Source: an uncultured archaeon
Lineage (GTDB): Archaea; Thermoplasmatota; Penumbrarchaeia; JASLWR01
Direction: 5' to 3'
Length of the DNA stretch: 64,000 nt
Assembly (NCBI GenBank): GCA_964342815.1
Contig: CAYFHS010000013.1
Location: 52,710-116,709, forward strand
Numbering within the stretch: the first letter of the stretch is position 1; the number at the start of each line of letters is the position of its first letter. The translations under genes were made by a program, and so were the position numbers. The notes beneath the pieces were generated by a model. That model ran no database searches. It was not told the origin of the DNA and was given only the letters and a program-made list of their open reading frames with translations. Below, piece by piece: positions 9,613-20,822 of this stretch.

Positions 9613-9781
9613 GTATTCACCGTCGTGGATTTGCTATGAAACCTGTTATGGATTTACACAATATCAAACTTTCGAAGGATTTACTATAAATCATATTTTT
9701 ACAAAATAATTGTATTAAACTGAAGGCATTACTCCGTAAAATATAACCGTGTGTACGTTCATCGAGATTTTAGGTAGAAAA

Positions 9782-10018
9782 ATGGCTGTTAAAACCATCA
9801 CTATCGATATGAAAGCCTACGATCTGCTTGTGAGCCTGATGGACGAGGGAGATTCCTTCAGCAATGTAATCAAGAAGCACTACAACCGTCCACGATCCAT
9901 GGAGGCGTTCGAGCGGGCGCTAGAGAAAAATATACTGTCTGGGGATTGTATAGGATATATCGAGGGCATATCCGAAAAACTCCGTGCAGGAAGGCCTAGT
10001 TTTGAGAAAATTCCGTGA
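9782..10018 (+). CDS. Putative VapB-type antitoxin (DUF217-like), no adjacent toxin
   Basis: MAVKTITIDMKAYDLL..GDSFSNVIKK matches the archaeal 'KTItis.eAY..L...K...eSFSdVI' pattern; ATG at 9782 preferred over upstream GTG. Confidence 0.75.
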   Translation: MAVKTITIDMKAYDLLVSLMDEGDSFSNVIKKHYNRPRSMEAFERALEKNILSGDCIGYIEGISEKLRAGRPSFEKIP

Positions 10019-10129
10019 ACGAGATTGGAAACTTATTGAGATACCATTTAGAACAATAAAAAAGGGTCTCGGTGTGCCTCACGACACACCAAACGACCAT
10101 GGGCCTCGAATAGTTTTTCGAATATTAAA

Positions 10130-10540
10130 TCACAGCTTTCCCAGGTTCTTGTGAAGTTTAACAACAGCTTCAACTGCCGATTTAGCCCTATCGATCCTCT
10201 CCTCCGCTTGAAGCCTGCTCATTCCCGGACCGGTTATACCAAGACCCACCGGCTTGTTCATATCAAGCGACAGGTCGATAAGCTTCCGGGACGCGTGTCC
10301 CATAACCACCTCGTCATGACCGGTTTCTCCCTCGAGCACGGCTCCAAGTGCCACCACGCCGTCAATGTCCTTCAAACTCAGTAGCTTCTTAGCTGCAAGG
10401 GGTATGTCGTAACAACCGGGTACGGTAACAAGTTCGGTCACCTCGGCCCCCAAGAATTCCGCATGCGCCTTGGCCCTTTCCACCATCATGGATGTTATCT
10501 CATAGTGGAACTCTGCCACAACTATTCCTATTTTCATCAT
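10130..10540 (-). CDS. ribH: 6,7-dimethyl-8-ribityllumazine synthase
   Basis: MKIGIVVAEF, VPGCYDIPL, ALGAVLEGETGHD, KPVGLGI motifs; start trimmed to the Met pair at 10540. Confidence 0.95.
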   Translation of the reverse strand: MMKIGIVVAEFHYEITSMMVERAKAHAEFLGAEVTELVTVPGCYDIPLAAKKLLSLKDIDGVVALGAVLEGETGHDEVVMGHASRKLIDLSLDMNKPVGLGITGPGMSRLQAEERIDRAKSAVEAVVKLHKNLGKL

Positions 10541-10574
10541 TCTGCCTCCATTTTTTTGGTCGAATCGTAAATTA

Positions 10575-11524
<950 letters not shown>

Positions 11525-11560
11525 GTATCTCCCGCTCTTATTGATGCAAACAAGTATAAA

Positions 11561-12292
11561 TTACTTATCGATGGAATTTTTGTAGACTTCCCAACTGTCG
11601 ATCACTTCGGCGCCCTCCAACCATACGAATCCGTTATCCGAAGCATATTTCCTTGCGGAATCCTTCGAACGGGCGTTACCGTCGTCACCCATCATCTCGC
11701 AGATCGTTGATGAAGCTGTGAGACCGGCCATTACCATCATGGCCGTTGACAGCTCCGTGTGACCCTGCCTCTTGGTCAACAGTGATTCGGTACAATTCAG
11801 AAGGTGGATGTGCCCGGGGGCCCGGAATGCTCGGCCCATGGCCTTGGGGGCCTCCTCGCCGTCCATGTTCTCCATTTTATCCAGCAGTTCGGCAAATCTC
11901 GTAACTGTAAGGGCCCTGTCATTATCCGTGATCCCCGTAAAGGTCTCCCGGTGATTTATGGTCAGGCTGAAAGATGATATTTCGTCGTATGGTATGTCAT
12001 CGGGTATCATATATCCAAGCAGTGGAATATCCCTGCTCATCACCCCGAATATCTCACTTAGAAACGGCATTCCAAGCTTTCCCGCCGCCTGATGGGTCAA
12101 AGTGGTACATATCAGCCCTCCTCCATCCTTTCTCATGCGGCGAATGTCCCCGGGCTTCACCAGTTGTGATGCAATCACGAAATCGGTCTCTTCTTCCCTG
12201 CCGTCCCTGTCGTAGATCAGTACGAATTTTCCTTCCCGTAACGAGGAAAGCGCTTCGTTCATCCGGGATGATATCTTTTCATGAAACATCAT
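11561..12292 (-). CDS. ribB: 3,4-dihydroxy-2-butanone 4-phosphate synthase
   Basis: YDRDGREEETD, FTGITDNDR, PGH, RQGHTE, ICEM motifs; ATG at 12292 preferred over TTG at 12301. Confidence 0.95.
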   Translation of the reverse strand: MMFHEKISSRMNEALSSLREGKFVLIYDRDGREEETDFVIASQLVKPGDIRRMRKDGGGLICTTLTHQAAGKLGMPFLSEIFGVMSRDIPLLGYMIPDDIPYDEISSFSLTINHRETFTGITDNDRALTVTRFAELLDKMENMDGEEAPKAMGRAFRAPGHIHLLNCTESLLTKRQGHTELSTAMMVMAGLTASSTICEMMGDDGNARSKDSARKYASDNGFVWLEGAEVIDSWEVYKNSIDK

Positions 12293-12436
12293 TAACACCA
12301 AATATATTTGGACATACCGAAGAGGTGAACTTCAACTTGATATAATATATTTTAGTAATTACCAATATTTTGGTACAAAATCCGAACTTATCGGAAATAT
12401 ATATCTGAACTATTGCGTTTTTGCGTATGGTTTTCA

Positions 12437-12532
12437 TGAGGAGGGCCGCCGAGCACCAGCACCCGGCGGCCCGTTCAAAAAAAAAAAAAATTGAAGGAGG
12501 GCTTGCCCTCTGAGTCGGCGAAGAGCCGACCA
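12437..12532 (+). repeat. Dispersed hairpin/A-tract element, copy 2
   Basis: GGGCCGCCG/CGGCGGCCC stem, A14 run (12477-12490), GAGGGC-TT-GCCCTC hairpin (12497-12510), GTCGGC-GAAGA-GCCGAC hairpin. Confidence 0.7.
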
Positions 12533-12673
12533 TAAATTTTATTCCTTCTTATTTCGAAATCCTGAAAGGTTATGCGAAGTTCGGGATAGACATCATTCGG
12601 TATCATTTTATATAACAAGAAAGATGTATTTGTTAATGTAATTTGATATTTTAGATGGAGCGTAGGCAGAAAG

Positions 12674-13321
12674 GTGAATTTTTTGGAAAAAAGATGGACT
12701 ATCAAATGGTATTGGAATATTCTTATTATATTTGTTGGCTTTGTGATTTGTGGTTCTATGATTTGGTTCACCTTTCCATTTGATCCCGATCCAATAGAAC
12801 CATGGTATCATTATCAATATAAGTTGTCAATTTCAACAAATCAATCCGGGAATTATTCAATAATTGTACCTGCGATAGTCCATAATCAGATTTTTTATGA
12901 TAATCAATTCAATTATTCCTCTTCTAGAAATCTTTTCAATCGATTGAATGAGTTTAACATAACGAATGGAGGTAAAGACACTTCAATCGAGAAAGTAATA
13001 ACACCCGTGGGCCGTGGTTTGCGAATATCCGGTTCAAATAATATAAGTTTAGAGATAAACATAACTGGTAATGATTGGGATTCACATAGAGATGCAGAAA
13101 AAATAATGTTGGGTACAACATATAATAACAATTCTATCAATCGTTATGATTATAAATGCTGGATATTCTTTGACAATAAATCTGAAGTCCAAGAACTTAA
13201 CTTTCGATTACGTTTATATGTGGACCATTATTTTGAGAATCGCACGATAATCATAAACACGGATTTTTATGAACATGGTTGGCTTTTAATCCCTGGTGAA
13301 TATTCGGTACTATATATTTGA
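12674..13321 (+). CDS. AT-rich hypothetical protein with an N-terminal TM anchor
   Basis: 215-aa ORF from a GTG; one hydrophobic segment; Asn-rich; visibly more AT-rich than its neighbours. Confidence 0.7.
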   Translation: MNFLEKRWTIKWYWNILIIFVGFVICGSMIWFTFPFDPDPIEPWYHYQYKLSISTNQSGNYSIIVPAIVHNQIFYDNQFNYSSSRNLFNRLNEFNITNGGKDTSIEKVITPVGRGLRISGSNNISLEINITGNDWDSHRDAEKIMLGTTYNNNSINRYDYKCWIFFDNKSEVQELNFRLRLYVDHYFENRTIIINTDFYEHGWLLIPGEYSVLYI

Positions 13322-13390
13322 TAATATTTTCCAGTGTAAAACAAGTTTCTAACTACGCTTAAAGAGAGATGATGACAAAATCAAACACTC

Positions 13391-13570
13391 GCGCTTTTTG
13401 GGGGGGCCGCCCCCCCTGGTCGGCCGACCATTCGTTGTTTTGAGCTTCTCCTTTTTGTGTCGTATACGAGGGCGGTGCCCATTACATTCCGTAAATCCTT
13501 TCGGTCTTTACTGCATCCTCGGAAACCCAACGGGTTTCCTACAGATCCGGCTTTATTGCGCCCGGCCTCG
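13391..13570. repeat. Palindrome cluster related to the dispersed element family
   Basis: G7-CCG-C7 hairpin (13400-13416), perfect palindrome TGGTCGGCCGACCA (13417-13430), and GGCTTTATTGC near 13549 shared with 57213. Confidence 0.5.
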
Positions 13571-13718
13571 GAAAAAAGAAATATATGAACGGTGTATGAT
13601 TTCAGGATAACATAAATCCATCGAAAATTCGAATTGGAAATAATAAATGTCACGACCGAAAACTATAATTTCTTTCCATCAATAAACCTTGAACTATTAA
13701 ACCTATAACGGTGCAGCC

Positions 13719-14462
13719 ATGAACCGTATAAGCGTCATCCTCGTCAGGCCCAAATACCCGGGCAATATCGGTGCAGTGGCAAGGGTAATGTCAAATTTCG
13801 ATGTATCCGACCTCATTATGGTGGATCCCATCGTCATCGACCAGGAGGCGCGCAACAGGGCAAAACATGCCAATTTCATCCTCAATAACTCCCGTACGGT
13901 GGATACTCTGGATGCCGCCATTATGCAAACAGACCTGAATATAGGCACAACCGGTATAAAAAACACCCGTCAGACAGGACATATTCGCAATCCACTGACC
14001 CCCGAACAGTTGTTCGAACGTTTCTCCGAGGACGCGGGCCGGATAGGGCTGGTCTTCGGTAGAGAGGATACGGGTCTGCTGGACGAGGAATTAAAAAAAC
14101 TGGACCTGCTGATATCGTTGCCCACCAGCAAACAATATCCGGTGATGAACCTTTCTCACGCGGTAGCGGTGGTTCTCTGGGAGTTCTTCAGGAGGGGGGG
14201 TATACCGGGGAAATTTATCGACGGTCTCAGAGATACCAGCAGTTTCGAGCGGGAAAAAATGGTGGAGAGTTTCATGGAGCTGATGGAGGCCATCAATTAT
14301 CCCCCCCATCGGCGGGAGAATACAGGGATACTTTTCAGAAGGATGATCGGTCGCTCGATACCAACGAAATGGGAATTCCACACGCTTATGGGTGTGTTGA
14401 CGGGGGCAGTGAGACAGATAAAAAGGAAAGAGGGGGGGGACTCCCGGGAAGAGGATCCTTGA
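13719..14462 (+). CDS. trmJ: tRNA (C32/U32-2'-O)-methyltransferase, SPOUT TrmJ/TrmH family
   Basis: LVRPKYPGNIGAVARVMSNF, LVFGREDTGL, YPVMNLSHAV motifs. Confidence 0.9.
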   Translation: MNRISVILVRPKYPGNIGAVARVMSNFDVSDLIMVDPIVIDQEARNRAKHANFILNNSRTVDTLDAAIMQTDLNIGTTGIKNTRQTGHIRNPLTPEQLFERFSEDAGRIGLVFGREDTGLLDEELKKLDLLISLPTSKQYPVMNLSHAVAVVLWEFFRRGGIPGKFIDGLRDTSSFEREKMVESFMELMEAINYPPHRRENTGILFRRMIGRSIPTKWEFHTLMGVLTGAVRQIKRKEGGDSREEDP

Positions 14463-14587
14463 AAGAAATAGCCTTTCAAGAATTCGTGAAACGAAAAATA
14501 ATATTGGAAACAAAAGATATAAACACTATTTCATTAATTACACCGTCCTTCCCATTAAGTTCTAAATCGATAATTGAGATGGTTCGA

Positions 14588-14881
14588 ATGAAGATTGAGA
14601 AGATCATGAAGACAAAGAACGAGATACAGATAGCAGTCACCGATATCAACGAAACCATGTTGTACGCCTTGAGAGAAAGATTGATCTCCGACAATATGGT
14701 GGAATTCACTAACTTCTTCAAGGGACACCCTCTTTTACAGGTCCCCAACATCTACGTTAAAGTATCCTCCGGGAAACCCCACACTGCCCTGAAAAGAGCC
14801 TCTAAGTCACTGGCAAACGATTACAAGAAATTACGCGACCGGTTTTTGAAGGCATGTGCCAAGTATGAATCGGAAAATTGA
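14588..14881 (+). CDS. rpoL: DNA-directed RNA polymerase subunit L (Rpo11)
   Basis: Size about 97 aa; ETMLYALRERL..D..V..GHPLL pattern; start trimmed to ATG 14588 downstream of an AT-rich promoter. Confidence 0.85.
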   Translation: MKIEKIMKTKNEIQIAVTDINETMLYALRERLISDNMVEFTNFFKGHPLLQVPNIYVKVSSGKPHTALKRASKSLANDYKKLRDRFLKACAKYESEN

Positions 14882-16160
14882 GAAAGAAATTGGCATTGGT
14901 TCTTACCTTACCGACACACCTGGGCTGGGAGGTCGGCTTAGATCGATGATCGACGATTTTATCGTTGTGGAGAATTTTATTAAACCTCCCATGGATCAAG
15001 ACGGAACAAATACCGTAGCAGTGGTGAAGGTCAGCAATTGGGAAACCAACCGACTTATTCGACACCTATCGCGCGAGCTGGGGCTCCATCCAAACAGCAT
15101 AGGTTTTGCAGGTACCAAAGATAAAAGGGCCGTCACCACGCAGTTAATGTCATTTCCTGTACCGCCCAGTCGTCTGGAAAAACTTGATATCAAGGACATT
15201 TGGATAACGGATTTCTACCGTACTCGAAAGAAAATAACTCTCGGTGATCTTGTTGGGAATTCCTTCGAGATCGCCATAAGGGATTTCCAAGTGGATTTGG
15301 ACGAGGTAACGGAAATAATCCAACGTAACATTGAGATCATCGAGAATAACGGCGGATTCCCAAATTTCTTCGGTATTCAACGGTTCGGAGCCATAAGACC
15401 CACGACTCACCTCATGGGGGAGAGGATCGTAAAAAAGGATTTCGAAGGGGCGGTGATGACCTACGTCGGGAATCCCATGGAAGGAGATGAAGCGCAATCT
15501 CGGGAAGCTCGGATACTGGCGGAGGAAACCCGGGATTGGAAAAAGCTCATTGAAGTTTATCCCGCATCATATACTTTTGAGAAAAGCATGATAGGCCACC
15601 TGATAAAGCGTCCGGACGACTACCTTGGCGCCCTGCGAAAACTGCCATCAAACCTTCTTTTAATGTTTATACACGCGTATCAATCTCATTTTTTCAATGA
15701 GATGGTGACCCGCAGGATACTGCGGAAAATACCGCTTAACGAGGCACAGATTGGCGACATGGTACTGGCAGCTGATATTCGGGGGGTCCCCGACAGAAAA
15801 CGTATCATACCGGTAAACGGGAAAAACATCCGAAAAATCCAGCGCCGCATCCATGAAGGAAAGGCATTCATCACCGCGCCGGCCATAGGAACTGAGGTCG
15901 AACTTGCCGGCGGGGTTCAGGGCGAGATCGAACGCGAAGTACTGGCAGAAGGCAGAGTCGAAAGAAAAAACTTCAACATAACCGATATCTCACGCATAAG
16001 CTCAAAGGGCATACGGAGAGAGATCGTTGCCCCGGTGAAAAATTTTAGCTGGGAGCTGGATGAAGAACGCATACTTCTGAAATTCGATCTCTATAAGGGG
16101 TGCTATGCTACTTCTCTGTTAAGGGAGTTCATGAAATCGGATAATGTGAGGGATTATTGA
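14865..16160 (+). CDS. truD: tRNA pseudouridine(13) synthase
   Basis: FAGTKDKRAVTTQ, GNSFEI, PNFFGIQRFG, KGCYATSLLREFMK motifs; overlaps the rpoL stop. Confidence 0.95.
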   Translation: MNRKIEKEIGIGSYLTDTPGLGGRLRSMIDDFIVVENFIKPPMDQDGTNTVAVVKVSNWETNRLIRHLSRELGLHPNSIGFAGTKDKRAVTTQLMSFPVPPSRLEKLDIKDIWITDFYRTRKKITLGDLVGNSFEIAIRDFQVDLDEVTEIIQRNIEIIENNGGFPNFFGIQRFGAIRPTTHLMGERIVKKDFEGAVMTYVGNPMEGDEAQSREARILAEETRDWKKLIEVYPASYTFEKSMIGHLIKRPDDYLGALRKLPSNLLLMFIHAYQSHFFNEMVTRRILRKIPLNEAQIGDMVLAADIRGVPDRKRIIPVNGKNIRKIQRRIHEGKAFITAPAIGTEVELAGGVQGEIEREVLAEGRVERKNFNITDISRISSKGIRREIVAPVKNFSWELDEERILLKFDLYKGCYATSLLREFMKSDNVRDY

Positions 16161-16281
16161 ATATCTTTTTTCACCCTTGGCACCATTTGGATACTCTCAG
16201 GTGATTAACGCGGCAATATTTATAATAGATAATCGGTATTAGCGCCCAGTATTTTAGCTTTAGTTTACCGGGGTTCCGTAA

Positions 16282-16806
16282 ATGGCAAGAAAACCCAATT
16301 CAATGTACAGGCAGGTCAAGAGTCAAGCATATACGCGCCGGAAATATATGGGCGGTGTACCAAACCTTCGGATAGTTCGATTCGAGACCGGGAACCGAAA
16401 GGCCACCTTTCCCATGACCATTACACTGGTTGCAAAGGAGATCTGCCATATAAGACATAATGCTCTCGAGGCTGCCCGTATCACTGCCACGAGGCACTTG
16501 ACGAAAAGGATAGGAGCAAAGGCTTTCCACATGAAGATAAGGATTTATCCCCATATCGTGCTTCGTGAGAACAAGCAGGCCACAGGGGCCGGTGCGGATC
16601 GTATCTCACAGGGAATGAGAAGTGCCTTCGGAAAGAACGTGGGAACCGCTGCAAGGGTCAATATCGGGCAGAAACTGATATCGATCCATACCGATCCCGC
16701 ACATTTCTATCAGGCAAAGGATGCTCTCCGGAAAGCCAGCATGAAGTTTCCTACTCCCTGCAAGATTGAGGTAGACCGGGGTAGTGAACTTATAAAAGGA
16801 ATCTGA
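16282..16806 (+). CDS. rpl10e: 50S ribosomal protein L10e/uL16
   Basis: [46 protein letters not shown]. Confidence 0.97.
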   Translation: MARKPNSMYRQVKSQAYTRRKYMGGVPNLRIVRFETGNRKATFPMTITLVAKEICHIRHNALEAARITATRHLTKRIGAKAFHMKIRIYPHIVLRENKQATGAGADRISQGMRSAFGKNVGTAARVNIGQKLISIHTDPAHFYQAKDALRKASMKFPTPCKIEVDRGSELIKGI

Positions 16807-16958
16807 AATCCCGTGTTGAAAAAAATTCTCAAAATACCTGAACAAAATACATAATCCACTCTATTATAATTAATAAATGTCATCCCATCGATAAAAGGAA
16901 AAAATATCCCATGAGATGTAATGAAGGACGTCATTTCCGTCCCTGTTGAATTTTCAAT

Positions 16959-17252
16959 CTATTCATCGATTATCTGCATTTCTTCTACTTCTTCGATCTC
17001 GTCCGCTTCTTCTTTAATAACCTCGCCAAAGGCAACCCGTCGAGACACCTTTGTCACCCTGATCTTGATATTATCCCCAACTTGGGTGTTTGGGACGATA
17101 ACAACGAAATTCTCGACCTTGGCAATCCCGTCCCCTTCGCGTCCCAGGCTCTCTATTCGTACATCGTACTGTTCGCCCTCCCTCACGGGGGGGGAGCGCT
17201 GCTGGTGCATATTCTGTTCATTCTCATAATACAAATTCTCACCTTTATTCAT
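16959..17252 (-). CDS. Single TRAM-domain RNA-binding protein
   Basis: PPVREGEQYDVRIESLGREGDGIAKVENFVVIVP..QVGD motif; true start may be TTG at 17234 after a GGTGA SD. Confidence 0.9.
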   Translation of the reverse strand: MNKGENLYYENEQNMHQQRSPPVREGEQYDVRIESLGREGDGIAKVENFVVIVPNTQVGDNIKIRVTKVSRRVAFGEVIKEEADEIEEVEEMQIIDE

Positions 17253-17455
17253 GTAATTGCCGAGATGACAGTGAAATATAGAAAGCTCGGCCTGCCATAC
17301 TATACGGCGGAAAAACTTCCCCTTTCACACCGGACTACTCTGCGGCTATTATGGAAATACAGGAAATGATATTTAAAGGTTTCATTAATCGAAGCATGCA
17401 TAGCAAGTATGCTGCAAAACCGTAATTTCCTGCTTATAATCTAGACCTGATGTGA

Positions 17456-20400
17456 TTACAAGGGCTTCTTGGCCACTCGTCGTCGAACCGCTGTTTTCTT
17501 CGCTACCGGGGCAGCTGGGGGCGTTTCTACGGCAGGTGTTTCCGACATTACGTAATCCTGGCAGGGTTCGCACCAGTAACAATCGTATTCTGAGAAGTAT
17601 TCCGACGATTTACCACATTTGGGACATGCCGGAGCGCCGCTCGTCTCAGGGATAATGCTCTCGGTCACAACGGGTGGAACATCAGCCTCGGCCTTTGTTT
17701 CATCAGGGGAACCGTACAGGCTCTTGTATACGTCCTCTTCGGGGGATACACGACCCAGGTCCTCTCCTTCATCAGCTTCCTTGCCTCTTAGGACTAGAGC
17801 CAATACCAACCCGCCGATCCCCAAGATCAGGACTATGGCAACGATAATAACTACTATCCACGGAAATTCATTCTTGGATGCCGGTTCATCTCCACCGGTA
17901 CCGCCAGTGGGTTCGGTATCATCATCATCCTCTTTCTCTACCTGATTCGGATTGTCCTTTTTGTTCGGATCATATCCCCCGTCGTACTCTTCAAGGTTTG
18001 TAAGATCGTCCCCGTCCGGATCTTCATCGGCGTCCGATTTCGAATTTGGGTCCAGGTCATGTTTCAGCTCCCATCCGTCCGGCATACCGTCGCGGTCCGA
18101 ATCCGCCATGGATGGATCGAGGTCTTTCTTAAATTCCTCAAGATTGCTAACGTTATCATCATCCTTATCTTCACTGGCATCGGCGGAGTCTACGGGATCG
18201 AAACCGTAATCCACTTCCCACCCGTCCGGCATCCCGTCAGAATCGCTGTCCAGCTTCTTGGGGTCGGTTCCAAGTGAATACTCCATCTCGTTCGAAAGCC
18301 CATCGGTGTCATTGTCCATCTTTGCATCATAGGCATATTGTGGATCGAGGCTGTTATTCACCTCCCATCCATCCGGCAGACCGTCTCCGTCCATGTCGGC
18401 ATTTGTGGGATCCATATCCCGATTAAACTCCTCCATGTTGGATAAGCCATCCTGATCCTTGTCTCCGGTAGAGTCGAGAGGATCGAGGGGATCAAGGTCG
18501 TAATTCACCTCCCAGCCGTCCGTCAGGGAGTCACCGTCAGTATCGCTGTCACGTGGATCGGTTCCCGACTCGTATTCCCTGAGATTGTTTAGCTCGTCCA
18601 CGTCGGGATCGTCTTCTTCATCTGTGAAGTCCATGGGCGCCAGATTATGTTCCACCTCCCAACCATCCGGCATCCCGTCATGGTCGCTGTCGGCGGTATC
18701 CGGAAACGTTCCCTCCATGAACTCCTGAAGATTGGTCAGGCCGTCGCCGTCACCGTCCAGTCCAGGATCGGTATCTGACAGCGGATCCAAACCCATCTCG
18801 ATCTCCCATCCGTCATCCATGCCGTCGTTATCGGTATCCGCGTTCTTCGGGAGAGTTTGGTGCTGGTATTCTTCGAAGTTCTTCAGACCGTCATCATCGG
18901 GGTCCAGTGAACGGTCGCTGTCCGAATCCATATCCAAATCATGCTCGTCTTCCCACCAGTCAGGCATTCCGTCATCATCCGTATCCTCGTAAATACCATT
19001 GGAAAGTTCAAAGGCCAGTGGCGACATGGCCAAACTCTCCTGCCCCTTGGTATCACGGGCGGTTATCCTTACTTTGTAGGAATCATCATCAACCATCCGG
19101 GTGGTATCCCATAAGTAGGTACCCGTGTTATCGTGGTTGGAATAAATGATGGAAAAGTCTGCATCATTCCTCGTATATTCGAGCTTGATGGTAAGATCAG
19201 CGTTGTCATCCTTGTCATCGGTGGCGGTCCAGGTGATGGTTTGGTTTCCGTCCCATACCTCCCCACCCACCGGTGAAAGCAAACTGACCATGGGTGCAAA
19301 ATCGTTCTTGATCTCGAAAGTGGGCCCCATGGTTGCCATACTCTCCTTTCCGGCAGAATCCCTGGCCAGTACCTTCAAACGATAATTGCTTCCATCATCA
19401 ACGGTTGTAGTGTCCCAGACATAGGATCCTGAATTGGGAATATCCGATACTATGCTTGTCCAGCTGCCGCTTCCCTTTCGGTAATCGATGGAAATTTCGA
19501 TGCTATCAGCATCAGGATCGCTAGCAGACCAGTTGATCTGAAGGTTTCCTGTTACAACCTCGGTGCCCACGGGATAATCAATGCTGACCAATGGGGCTGC
19601 ATTGCCGAGATTGATCTGTTGGGATTTTATCACTTTCCTCGCGTGATAGCGATATATTGCCTGACTGATATTTCCTCCCTGCCACGGGTCATTATTCTTA
19701 TCTACCCTGATATCCTCCACTATGACGAAATTAACTTTATAGAGCTCATCCGGTGGGATGGATTTGACCTCAATTGTCGCGTTGATCCAGCTGTTCGCAC
19801 CCGCTTTCTTTCCAAACGTTTTAATACCAACGGGACTAGGATTTCCAGATCTGCCGTTTATGTAGCCCTTGTAGGTCGTATCGATGGACGTTTGATTGGG
19901 ATTTGTACTACCGCCAATATGACCCACGACACCATCGAAAGTAGTGAATGGGATCGCCCCTCCCCAGTTGTAGAAGTTGAATCTTGCGGTTGCATCGGCA
20001 TTGCCAAATCCGTGGGCGCTGCTGGCGGCGTGCCATTCTATCAGAGTATAATGGTCCGGAAAGTAATCGGGATCGCTGACCAATCGGTCATGCGCACCGA
20101 CGGAACCGGGGCAGTAGCCGCACCACGTTGCCGTGAAACACTCGCCCAGAACTCTTTTCTGGGCACCCGTGTCCTTGGTAGAAGTGTCCAGGAAATCAAT
20201 GGTAGATTGGATCGCTTCATATGAGTCATACTGTCTCCCGGGGTCATTGTTCATGTTCTTCCTTACCTTGCTTATGCTTTGAACAAAAACAACGACACTG
20301 ACATCGTCGGCATTCCAGGCGGGATCTATGTTGAATGTCTCGTTGAAATAGAATTTCGATCCCACATTTGCCCGCGTGTCCGTGTTCGCATCTTCACTGG

Positions 20401-20473
20401 CGCTGCTTATGCCAAATGAAGAAAATAATACAACCGTCGATATTATTATCGCCAATATTATCGTGTTTTTCAT
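17456..20473 (-). CDS. Surface protein: permuted thioredoxin/Omp28-like domain (CGYC), two Ig-like domains, DxDxDG Ca-binding repeats, TM, Zn-ribbon tail
   Basis: 1005-aa ORF; signal peptide; ECFTATWCGYC; many DxDxDG..DGWE repeats; TM WIVVIIVAIVLILGIGGLVLAL; CPKC..CEPC. Confidence 0.88.
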   Translation of the reverse strand: MKNTIILAIIISTVVLFSSFGISSASEDANTDTRANVGSKFYFNETFNIDPAWNADDVSVVVFVQSISKVRKNMNNDPGRQYDSYEAIQSTIDFLDTSTKDTGAQKRVLGECFTATWCGYCPGSVGAHDRLVSDPDYFPDHYTLIEWHAASSAHGFGNADATARFNFYNWGGAIPFTTFDGVVGHIGGSTNPNQTSIDTTYKGYINGRSGNPSPVGIKTFGKKAGANSWINATIEVKSIPPDELYKVNFVIVEDIRVDKNNDPWQGGNISQAIYRYHARKVIKSQQINLGNAAPLVSIDYPVGTEVVTGNLQINWSASDPDADSIEISIDYRKGSGSWTSIVSDIPNSGSYVWDTTTVDDGSNYRLKVLARDSAGKESMATMGPTFEIKNDFAPMVSLLSPVGGEVWDGNQTITWTATDDKDDNADLTIKLEYTRNDADFSIIYSNHDNTGTYLWDTTRMVDDDSYKVRITARDTKGQESLAMSPLAFELSNGIYEDTDDDGMPDWWEDEHDLDMDSDSDRSLDPDDDGLKNFEEYQHQTLPKNADTDNDGMDDGWEIEMGLDPLSDTDPGLDGDGDGLTNLQEFMEGTFPDTADSDHDGMPDGWEVEHNLAPMDFTDEEDDPDVDELNNLREYESGTDPRDSDTDGDSLTDGWEVNYDLDPLDPLDSTGDKDQDGLSNMEEFNRDMDPTNADMDGDGLPDGWEVNNSLDPQYAYDAKMDNDTDGLSNEMEYSLGTDPKKLDSDSDGMPDGWEVDYGFDPVDSADASEDKDDDNVSNLEEFKKDLDPSMADSDRDGMPDGWELKHDLDPNSKSDADEDPDGDDLTNLEEYDGGYDPNKKDNPNQVEKEDDDDTEPTGGTGGDEPASKNEFPWIVVIIVAIVLILGIGGLVLALVLRGKEADEGEDLGRVSPEEDVYKSLYGSPDETKAEADVPPVVTESIIPETSGAPACPKCGKSSEYFSEYDCYWCEPCQDYVMSETPAVETPPAAPVAKKTAVRRRVAKKPL

Positions 20474-20822
20474 GGTTTCGCCACCGTTTTTCTTTCAGTA
20501 TTATTGTTAGATACACAAAGATAAAGGGTCATAATTTCTTTGACCGAATATATATAGATGCACTAATATATTTTTTCATATATTAAATTAGCTTAATCAT
20601 AATTTGGGCTAGCGCAAGAATATATTACTATCATTTACAACACATTTAAGACCGATGCCTGATAGAAGAATCCTCGGCCCAGAAACTATGAACACCGTTT
20701 CCCAAACTCCCAATGAAGGCGCCACGTTCACTGTTATTTGGAAACTTATTTTTTGGCAATCCAATGGCCGGGAAAGTGCTCTCTTTCCATCAACATGGGT
20801 TGGTTCATCTCTCGTTATTCAC

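Noticed and set aside
12477-12490. A14 run as a phase-variation tract
   Set aside because: It is non-coding and part of the hairpin/A-tract element; homopolymer length may also reflect sequencing error
13340-13445. Integron attC site after the AT-rich gene
   Set aside because: TTCTAAC is present, but there is no matching RYYYAAC/GTTRRRY pair with attC geometry and no integron integrase
14369-14587. N-terminal extension of RpoL in the ORF track
   Set aside because: It overlaps trmJ and an AT-rich promoter region; Rpo11 similarity starts at 14588
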